Positions 47,364 through 54,482 of a stretch of 64,000 nt of DNA are shown here, piece after piece. The translations under genes were made by a program, and so were the position numbers. Under the pieces are notes generated by a model. That model was given only the letters and a program-made list of their open reading frames with translations, searched no databases and was not told the origin of the DNA. The stretch comes from a bacterium (GTDB taxonomy: Bacteria; UBA10199; 2-02-FULL-44-16; JAAZCA01), in the NCBI GenBank assembly GCA_963674695.2, contig CAXXGI010000001.1:928001-992000 (forward strand). Reading direction: 5' to 3'. Each line of letters starts with the position of its first letter. The first letter of the stretch is position 1.

Positions 47364-48855
47364 GCTCCCCTGCGGGGACGATCATGCGCACGCGTGTCGC
47401 CAGCGTGCAGAAGGTCTTCGCCGAGGCAAGCGCCGGGCCGAGCCACATCCTCGGAGCGACGCCGACGCCGATGAGGATCGCCAGAGCGGGAATGAGCAGC
47501 ACATATTCGCGCAAACCGAGATCACGCCGATGGCGCGCCTCTTCATCGGACGATCCCGCGATCAATCGCAGAGCGATGCGTCCGACGGCGACCGGCACGA
47601 GCACAACGCCTGCGAGCGCGATGGCCGCCATGATCGTCTGCGTCTGAAAACTCCCGAGGAAGACGAGCCACTCGCCCGCGAAGACGGCAAACCCCGGAAC
47701 GCCCGCCGCCGCGACGAGCAGGACCAGCAGCACCACCGCCATGCGCGGAAGACGCGCACCGAGCTTCGCGCTTCCATCGAGCGCATCGGTCAAACCACGA
47801 CCGGAGAGCATGCCGGCCATACCCAGAAGTCCAACGCTGACGAGCCCCTGCGCGGCCAGCACCACCACCGCCCCCGCGCTCGCCTCCACATTGAGCGACG
47901 AAAACCCGAGCAGAACGATTCCCGTCTGGGCGACGGCCAGATACGCGACCGCACGCTTGAGCGTGGGCTGCACCGCAGCCATGAGCGCACCGGCGATGAT
48001 TCCGACGAGTGCGAGAATGCAGAGCACGGGTACGGCAACCGCGAGCGCCTCAGGGAACAGCGGCATCGCAAAGCGATAGAATCCGTAACAGCCCATCTTG
48101 AGCAGGCCCCCGACGATCAGGATCGCCCCGGCGGTGGGCGCCTCGGCCACCGCATCCGCGAGCCACATATGCAGGCCCACGACGGCAGCGGGGATGGCAA
48201 ACGCGACCGCCATGGCCAGGAAGAGCCAGCGCTGCACCGCGAAGGGGAAATCGATCGCGTACCAATCGAGCAGGTCGAACGAGCCCACCACGCCCGCGGC
48301 CGCGAGCATCGCCACGAGGAGCAGCATGCCGCCCGCCATCACGAAGAGCAGGAAGGTATGCGCCGCGCGCAGGCGCCCGGAGAGCCCGAAGCTGCCGACC
48401 AGGAAGAAGAGAGCGATGAGCACCACCTGCCAACTGACATAGAAGAGAAAGATGTCGAGCGCGGCGAAGACGCCCATGAACCCGGCTTCCGCCACGAACA
48501 GCCAGACATGAAATCCGCGCACGCGTTCATCGACTTCATTCCAGGAGACGAGCACGCCCATGGGCACGATGAGCGCGATCATCAGCATCAGGAGCATCGA
48601 GGCGCCATCGACGCCGACGTGATAGTGGATGCCGAAGGCGGGGATCCAGGAGGCAATCTCACCGAGTTCGAACTCGCGCGAACCCTCGATGCCAAACCAG
48701 GCCAGCGCACAGAGCGCGAGCGTGACGAGCGCCACGACGAGCCCCACCGCGCGCACCGCCCCCTTCCACCGCGCCGGCACGAGCAGGATGAGCGCCGCAC
48801 CGAGAAGCGGCAGAAAGATGATCGCGGTCAGCATGTGGGAAAGCAGCAGTTGCAT
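47353..48855 (-). CDS. nuoM: NuoM-like antiporter subunit (divergent)
   Basis: WIPAFGIHYHVGVDG, LHMWLADAVAEAPTAG, LLKMGCYG, FAGEW, DLGLRE. Confidence 0.88.
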   Translation of the reverse strand: MQLLLSHMLTAIIFLPLLGAALILLVPARWKGAVRAVGLVVALVTLALCALAWFGIEGSREFELGEIASWIPAFGIHYHVGVDGASMLLMLMIALIVPMGVLVSWNEVDERVRGFHVWLFVAEAGFMGVFAALDIFLFYVSWQVVLIALFFLVGSFGLSGRLRAAHTFLLFVMAGGMLLLVAMLAAAGVVGSFDLLDWYAIDFPFAVQRWLFLAMAVAFAIPAAVVGLHMWLADAVAEAPTAGAILIVGGLLKMGCYGFYRFAMPLFPEALAVAVPVLCILALVGIIAGALMAAVQPTLKRAVAYLAVAQTGIVLLGFSSLNVEASAGAVVVLAAQGLVSVGLLGMAGMLSGRGLTDALDGSAKLGARLPRMAVVLLVLLVAAAGVPGFAVFAGEWLVFLGSFQTQTIMAAIALAGVVLVPVAVGRIALRLIAGSSDEEARHRRDLGLREYVLLIPALAILIGVGVAPRMWLGPALASAKTFCTLATRVRMIVPAGEREP

Positions 48856-48861
48856 AATTTC

Positions 48862-48935
48862 CGTGACTCGTGACTCGTGACTCGTAACTCGTAACTCGTA
48901 ACTCGTGAACCGTAATTCGTGACTCGTGAACCGTA
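48862..48935. repeat. Heptamer array upstream of nuoM
   Basis: Mixed GAGTCAC/GAGTTAC/GGTTCAC units on the coding strand ending just before ATG 48855; a half-REP (48945-48980) and a further palindrome (49036-49091) lie next to it. Confidence 0.8.
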
Positions 48936-49143
48936 AGCAATCCGGGACTGGATCCCCGACTACACCACTCGGGGATGACATCGCGTAAAAACCAGCCTCC
49001 GTGATCCGTTCGATCGAAGATCGTGTCGCCGCGAGGGAACACGCGAGGCCATTTTTACAGCTTCATCGGAAAAATGGTCTCGCGTTTTCCCGGAAGGCGC
49101 CAAGCAACTTCGCGCCGCGAGATGAAACTCCGGACTTTCCCCC

Positions 49144-51132
49144 TCACCCCAGCACCAACACCCCGACGACGACGACGGCGCCGATGAGGACATAGAGCAG
49201 ATACTGTCGCACGGCACCGGTCTGTGCAGCGGCCGCGACCGACGCGAAGAAACCGATCGCGCGCGCGCTGCCCCCGATGAGAATACCGGACAGAAACGTG
49301 CGGTCGATCAATTTCCACAAGATCACGCGCGCGACCCACCCGATGGGGCGCACCACGAGCGTCTGCGCTATTTCTTCGAGATACCAGCCCGAGCGCGCGC
49401 TGTGATAGAGCGGCGCGATGCGCCGGAGCAGACGCTCCGACCAATCGCGGCGCTGCGCATAGATGAGCCAACCCAGGATCGAACAGTGCACCGTCCAGAG
49501 GACGGCGATGACATAGAGGATGATCTGCACCGCGCGCGAGACATTATTCATGCCGCGGCTGACCTCGCCCGGCAGGAGTTCGCCCAGCCAGACGCCGAAC
49601 CGATCGGCGCCGCCCAGGATTTCGGGGACGGCGAGCACCCCGCCGAAGAGACAGGCGGTGGCCAGCAGCATCAGCGGCACCACCATCGCCACGGGCGATT
49701 CGGTCACGCGTTTGAAACGATCGAGTTCGATCTCGGTGCGACCGAAGAAGATCGCTCCCGCCACGCGAAAGATCGCAAAGGCGATCATCCCCATGGCCGC
49801 GAAGGTCATGATCCAGATGAGGACCTCGCCGCGCGCATAGGCATGGATGAGAATAGCGGAGAGCCCCGCAAATCCCGCCAGGGGAACCACGCCCGCGAGC
49901 GTAGCCGCAGCGATGACGAAGGTCCAGGCCGTGATCGGCATGCGCTGACCCAGGCCGCCCATGCCGAAGAGATCGCTCTCGCCCTGCAGGGCACGCATCG
50001 CACCGGCGGCGGCGAGCATGCAGAGCAGGAGTGCAAGCGCGACGACCACGAGATGATAGACGGCGGTGGTAAAGACCCCCAACCCCGCCGCGATGAGGAC
50101 GATGCCGAGCTCGGCGGCGGCGATCTGCGCAAGGATGCGTCGCACATCGGTCGACGCCAGCGCCGTGGCGCCCGCCGCGAGTGCGGTGATTCCGCCGAGC
50201 AACGCCATCGCCTTGAGGACACTCGGCGCGAGCGCGAAGATGCCATCCATGCGCGCAACGAGGGCGACCGCCGTAGCGCCGATGACCACCGCCTGCAGAA
50301 AGGCCGCGACCGGAACGGGCGAACGCGTCGTCGAGGGAAGCCAGAACAAAAACGGCACCTGTGCGGAACGCACCGCCACCGCCACGAGCAGCAGCAACGC
50401 GATGACGTGCGCAACCGGCAAAAACGCGGCCTGATACTGCACTACGTTTTCGAACGCGAGCGCGCCATCGCCGGGAGGAACATCGGCCGCCGCCATCGCC
50501 CCGACGATGAGAAAGCAGGCGGCCATGAGCGCCGCATCGCCAATGCGATCGACGACGAAGACCACGACTCCATGCTGCGCACCGTCGCGATCGGAGGAGA
50601 CGAATCCCGCCGTCAGCGATGCACACAACCCCACGCCCATCCATCCGACGATGAAGAACAGAAGGTTCTCCGCCAGCACCGCCATGAGCGCGAAGAAGAG
50701 CATCGCATGGATGAGAGAAGCGGCGCGCGCCAAGGAGCGCCGCCCCTCCATCGCGCCGGGCAGCGCCATCTGCGCAAAGAGGGCCGCGATGCTGAGCGTC
50801 AACCCGAGCGTGAGCGAGAGCTGATCGAGACGCAGACCCACGTCGACCACGAAATCCTTTGAGGCGATCCAGGTGAAGAGCGGTCCGGTGATCGCCGCAG
50901 CAGAGCCGACCTCGAATCCCATGAGCGTCCAAAACAGGACGATCATGATGGCGACGGTGAGCAGGGCACCGACGACGCCGATGAAGACGCTCAGCGGCCG
51001 AAATCGTTCATGCTCGGCGCGTGCGCCCGCCATCGCGATGAACGCGCAGCATGCCGACGACGTCAGCGGAACGGCCAGGACGCACCAGATGAGTGTCTGC
51101 AGTGAAACGATCTGATAGAGCGATTCGAGCAT
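49144..51132 (-). CDS. nuoL: NuoL-like antiporter subunit (divergent, full length)
   Basis: GLRLDQLS, GWMGVGLC, RIGD, SAQVP..WLP, MGGLGQRMPIT, ESP..MVVPL, QTGAVRQY. Confidence 0.88.
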   Translation of the reverse strand: MLESLYQIVSLQTLIWCVLAVPLTSSACCAFIAMAGARAEHERFRPLSVFIGVVGALLTVAIMIVLFWTLMGFEVGSAAAITGPLFTWIASKDFVVDVGLRLDQLSLTLGLTLSIAALFAQMALPGAMEGRRSLARAASLIHAMLFFALMAVLAENLLFFIVGWMGVGLCASLTAGFVSSDRDGAQHGVVVFVVDRIGDAALMAACFLIVGAMAAADVPPGDGALAFENVVQYQAAFLPVAHVIALLLLVAVAVRSAQVPFLFWLPSTTRSPVPVAAFLQAVVIGATAVALVARMDGIFALAPSVLKAMALLGGITALAAGATALASTDVRRILAQIAAAELGIVLIAAGLGVFTTAVYHLVVVALALLLCMLAAAGAMRALQGESDLFGMGGLGQRMPITAWTFVIAAATLAGVVPLAGFAGLSAILIHAYARGEVLIWIMTFAAMGMIAFAIFRVAGAIFFGRTEIELDRFKRVTESPVAMVVPLMLLATACLFGGVLAVPEILGGADRFGVWLGELLPGEVSRGMNNVSRAVQIILYVIAVLWTVHCSILGWLIYAQRRDWSERLLRRIAPLYHSARSGWYLEEIAQTLVVRPIGWVARVILWKLIDRTFLSGILIGGSARAIGFFASVAAAAQTGAVRQYLLYVLIGAVVVVGVLVLG

Positions 51133-51133
51133 G

Positions 51134-51439
51134 CTATCCCTTCAAGAGCGAAAGGTCATCCACATCGCGCCCGGCGTCTTTGCGCTCGAGCGCACGGGCG
51201 AGTCCAAAGCCGACGATCACCTGCAGGACCATGATGACGAAAAGGGTGAGCACGAGCACCCGGCCCGCCAACGCAAGATTCCAGCGGGAGAAGGTCACGA
51301 CCGCCACCACCGCCGCCAGGAGCATGAGCTGTGCCGACAAGAGGATCGCCACGAGATTTCGGCGTACGATCATGCCGAATGCCCCCAACACAAAGAGCAA
51401 CGCACTCGCGGCGAATGCCGGATGCAACGCGGGAATCAT
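51134..51439 (-). CDS. nuoK: NuoK-like subunit (divergent)
   Basis: 101 aa, LLFVLGAFGMIVRRNL...DVDDLSLLKG, three TMs. Confidence 0.88.
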   Translation of the reverse strand: MIPALHPAFAASALLFVLGAFGMIVRRNLVAILLSAQLMLLAAVVAVVTFSRWNLALAGRVLVLTLFVIMVLQVIVGFGLARALERKDAGRDVDDLSLLKG

Positions 51440-51933
51440 CGAACCTCCCGGGTCATGACGACGGCGCTGATGAGCGCAAAGAGCGCGGCCAGCACCGACA
51501 GTTCCATGAAGGCCGAATCCAAAAACGTCGCAGCCAGGAGCGGCATGCCCTGAAACCCGCGCGGAAGCGGCGGCATCATCCCGGCCGATGGCGGCACGAA
51601 TGCCACGAGGATGAGCACCCCCAGATACGCGACCGCGATCACTCCGAGGACCGTGCCGAATCGAACGGACCGGCGCGAACACCGCTGCGCCTCCTGCGCC
51701 GAACCGTTTAGCGCGGCCGCGAAGATGGTCGCCCCACCGATGGCGACGAGCATGCAGGCGAGTGCGGCCATGCCATCGGCGAGCAGCGCCACGAGCCCCG
51801 CCGCCGCGATGAACGTCACCGCAAACCAACGCGCCCCGTCACGCAGCTCGCTGCGTGTCACCGCGGCAAAGGCCGCAACGACGACGATGGTCGCACAGAC
51901 GACGACAGCGATCCCCTCGACGATCGACGGCAC
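51436..51933 (-). CDS. nuoJ: NuoJ-like subunit (divergent)
   Basis: Five TMs, C-terminal ELSVLAALFALISAVVMTRE; ATGA overlap with nuoK. Confidence 0.75.
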   Translation of the reverse strand: MPSIVEGIAVVVCATIVVVAAFAAVTRSELRDGARWFAVTFIAAAGLVALLADGMAALACMLVAIGGATIFAAALNGSAQEAQRCSRRSVRFGTVLGVIAVAYLGVLILVAFVPPSAGMMPPLPRGFQGMPLLAATFLDSAFMELSVLAALFALISAVVMTREVR

Positions 51934-51943
51934 ATCCCCTCCT

Positions 51944-52876
51944 TCACCACAAGGTCATGAGGGCCAAGGCAACCCCCGTGACGAACAGGTTGATACATGC
52001 CAACGGCAGAAACCATCGACGCATGCGCTGCCATCTCGCCGATTCGCGCTGCGCATCGAGCCGGCGTTCGATCCAACCGATCGCTGCGCACAACGCCGCC
52101 GTCTTGATGACGAAGACGACGAGCCCGGCCCCCATGCTCCACGTGCCGATGGCCCAATCGAGCAACTGATGTCCTGCCACCGGGGTGGCGATGAGATGGC
52201 GCAGCGCCGCGCCATCCAGCGAGGGAATCGCCCAGCCGCCCAGAAAGAGCGTCGCTCCCCACGCGCCCAACACCACCAGCAACATGCCGTCGGCCATGCG
52301 GCGAAAGAAGACGGCTTCGCAAGCCACGGCGCCGGGCACACTGAATGCCCACAGCTGGGCGGCCCCGAAGAGAAAGAGCACAAACCCGATCGGCTGCACC
52401 ACGATACCCCAGCGGAGGAGATCGGCGCCGCCGACATCGAGCATGGCATGCAACCGCATCGATCCGTGCACCAGGGCAACCGCACCGGCGACGAAGAGCA
52501 GCGCAGCCCCTGCGGAGATCAGGCGCAGACGCTTGGCGGGCATCGTCTCGCCATCATCGGCAAGCGTTTGTGCAAACGCACTCGCCAGGATGAGCGCCAA
52601 AATGATCAGCGCGCTGCTGGGCAGATCGGCCAGCGGCGAGATGAAGGCAATCGCACCAATTGTCGTCGTCGCCATGAACGGCACGAGCCCGAGCGCGGCC
52701 GCCGCCGTCAGAAAGGCGATGACGGGAGCCAGCAGCGAGAACGCGGGAAGATCGCCGCTCGCATGTGCGCCCGCATATCGCGCACGCGTCATCCGACAGA
52801 CAGACCAGACGAGTCCGCTCGACGCCACGAGCAGGACGCCAACGGAAACGATCGCTTGGATGAATGCAGCCAACAT
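51944..52876 (-). CDS. nuoH: NuoH-like subunit lacking the cytoplasmic quinone-site loops
   Basis: LLAPVIAF, LVHGSMRL, WGIVVQPIGFVLF, ATLFLGGW, FVIKT, WFLPLACINLFVT. Confidence 0.8.
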   Translation of the reverse strand: MLAAFIQAIVSVGVLLVASSGLVWSVCRMTRARYAGAHASGDLPAFSLLAPVIAFLTAAAALGLVPFMATTTIGAIAFISPLADLPSSALIILALILASAFAQTLADDGETMPAKRLRLISAGAALLFVAGAVALVHGSMRLHAMLDVGGADLLRWGIVVQPIGFVLFLFGAAQLWAFSVPGAVACEAVFFRRMADGMLLVVLGAWGATLFLGGWAIPSLDGAALRHLIATPVAGHQLLDWAIGTWSMGAGLVVFVIKTAALCAAIGWIERRLDAQRESARWQRMRRWFLPLACINLFVTGVALALMTLW

Positions 52877-52915
52877 CTCACATCCTCAATTCCCTCCCCC
52901 TTGTAAGGGGAGGGT

Positions 52916-53041
52916 CAGACTGCTGACAAAGTCTTCTCGCGCTGTCATTCCCGCGGGGGTAAGCGGGAATCTCGATTATCACAGCACGTCGAGATCCCCG
53001 CTTTCGCGGGGATGACAACGGCAGGGTTTGTCATCAATCTG
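52916..53041. mobile_element. MITE with 15-bp TIRs and GGT target duplication, inserted in another palindromic repeat
   Basis: CAGACTGCTGACAAA ... TTTGTCATCAATCTG, flanked by GGT (52913-52915, 53042-53044); internal REP; host repeat CCCTCCCCCTTGTAAGGGGAGGGT|TAGGGTGGGG. Confidence 0.8.
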
Positions 53042-53093
53042 GGTTAGGGTGGGGTAGATCGGGGACTCATGATCTACCTCCCCCCATCCCCTC

Positions 53094-53939
53094 TTACTGA
53101 ATCCCCCACTTGTCGAGCGTGCCGGGACTGGAATCGTTGACGATGCTATAGGTGACGCCATCTTCCTGCTGGGCCTGTAGCTTCAGAAACTCCTGCGCCG
53201 CCGCCCGGCCCTCGAAGCTCTTCTTGTCCTTCATCAGATCGCGATAGGTCCGCAGCGCTTCCTGGCGATAGGGCTCCGCGCGGATGAGCAGCTCGTCGGG
53301 GGCAATCGCGCTGTTGAACAGCACCCAGCTCCACTTGCGGTGCACAAACCAGACGTCTTCGTTCACGCGCGCCCAGAGGAGTCTGCCCCGACGGTTCCAC
53401 TCCCCCCTCGGTCGCCGTTTGAGAAAGGCCTTGATGCGCGGCAGCACCTTGTCGGGATGTCCGCGCACCTCGCGCAGCAGGGTGTAGAAATCGGCCTCGG
53501 CCGCCCAGGAGCTCTTCGGGAAATCGGAGAGGAGGCGACGATACTGCACACCTGTGTAGGGGATGTAGGTGATGGCGTGCTCATAGGCGAACGATCCCGA
53601 CCCAAAGCGCGCGTTCAACCCCTGCGCCTCGGCCTGCATGCAGGCGGGCGTGCGCGGCGCGCCCTTGGCCCAATAGCACTTCTTCTCCGCGCGTTCGGTG
53701 AGGCCATCCTGCAGCCGATCGAGCAGGCGCCCACAGAGTGCGAGCGCCTCGGGCGTACGCTTTTTCTCCTTCGGGTGCGCCTGCGCCCAGCGACAGATGA
53801 GCTCGGCGGCTTGCTCCGGCTGCGTCTTCATCAGGGCCTTGCCCTGATCCAGCTCGTCGGCCCCCGCCGGCGCCACCCAGAGAAAGGTGCCCACGAGGAG
53901 GCAACACACGATGCGAGCGATATCAGTGATCCGTTTCAT
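53094..53939 (-). CDS. Secreted helical TPR-like protein
   Basis: Signal peptide ending APAGA-DE; YRRLLSDFPKSSWAAEA and FLKRRPRGEW resemble BamD/CpoB-type TPR units; start overlaps the upstream nuoA-like ORF. Confidence 0.75.
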   Translation of the reverse strand: MKRITDIARIVCCLLVGTFLWVAPAGADELDQGKALMKTQPEQAAELICRWAQAHPKEKKRTPEALALCGRLLDRLQDGLTERAEKKCYWAKGAPRTPACMQAEAQGLNARFGSGSFAYEHAITYIPYTGVQYRRLLSDFPKSSWAAEADFYTLLREVRGHPDKVLPRIKAFLKRRPRGEWNRRGRLLWARVNEDVWFVHRKWSWVLFNSAIAPDELLIRAEPYRQEALRTYRDLMKDKKSFEGRAAAQEFLKLQAQQEDGVTYSIVNDSSPGTLDKWGIQ

Positions 53940-54321
53940 CGATTCCCCCTTCTTCAAAGAGATCATCATCCGTGCGGACCGGACGGGCACCGGCCAGGGC
54001 CCGAGGGACACAGCCGATGGCGACGAGCAGCAGCGCGACAAGGCCCGCGATGAGGACGACGTGGAGCAGGGCCGCTATCGCGTTCTCCCCCTCGGACTGC
54101 AGGATGAGCCCCGAGGCCGCTGGAATGAGCGCCAGGGCGATGAGGCCCAGAAACGCCAAACCCGCAGCGCCCAGCACCGCCGCATCTGTGCGCGGCGAGG
54201 GCAGCAGACCCGGAGCGGGCGACGACGACGCCCGCCGACGGCGCATCCGCACAACAAACACCAGGGCGATGAGCGCCGAAATGACCATCCACACGAAATA
54301 CGCCAGACCGTTGGATTCCAT
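53923..54321 (-). CDS. Three-TM protein, probable highly divergent NuoA
   Basis: TM1-long loop-TM2-TM3 topology, size and first position in the operon fit NuoA; the (Y/F)E(C/S)G and FDVE motifs are absent. Confidence 0.5.
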   Translation of the reverse strand: MESNGLAYFVWMVISALIALVFVVRMRRRRASSSPAPGLLPSPRTDAAVLGAAGLAFLGLIALALIPAASGLILQSEGENAIAALLHVVLIAGLVALLLVAIGCVPRALAGARPVRTDDDLFEEGGIDETDH

Positions 54322-54358
54322 AAAAGTGAAGTGTTGTTCAGAGGTTAACCGTCGCGGC

Positions 54359-54387
54359 AGTGTACCAGGCACGGCCCGCCATGACAA
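54359..54387 (-). promoter_or_regulatory. Sigma70-type promoter for the nuo-like operon
   Basis: Minus strand TTGTCA-N17-TACACT with a TG extension, about 38 bp before ATG 54321. Confidence 0.6.
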
Positions 54388-54482
54388 CCCCAACCCGAGC
54401 GGCGGCGCCGACCTCAACCCCCATTTTCATTGAACTGCCGGTGCGTTTCGGCTACGCCGTCTGAACACCATAAGGGGGTTTT

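Noticed and set aside
45783-51933. Calling the cluster an Mrp antiporter or hydrogenase membrane module
   Set aside because: A NuoH homolog and J-K-L-M-N order are present, with no MrpE/F/G or hydrogenase subunits.
45783-52876. Codon reassignment (CAG read as Glu or His) explaining the Gln substitutions
   Set aside because: CAG encodes a conserved Gln elsewhere in the window (ABC Q-loop GYMSQKFS), and several substitutions are to Arg, Met, Leu or Val.
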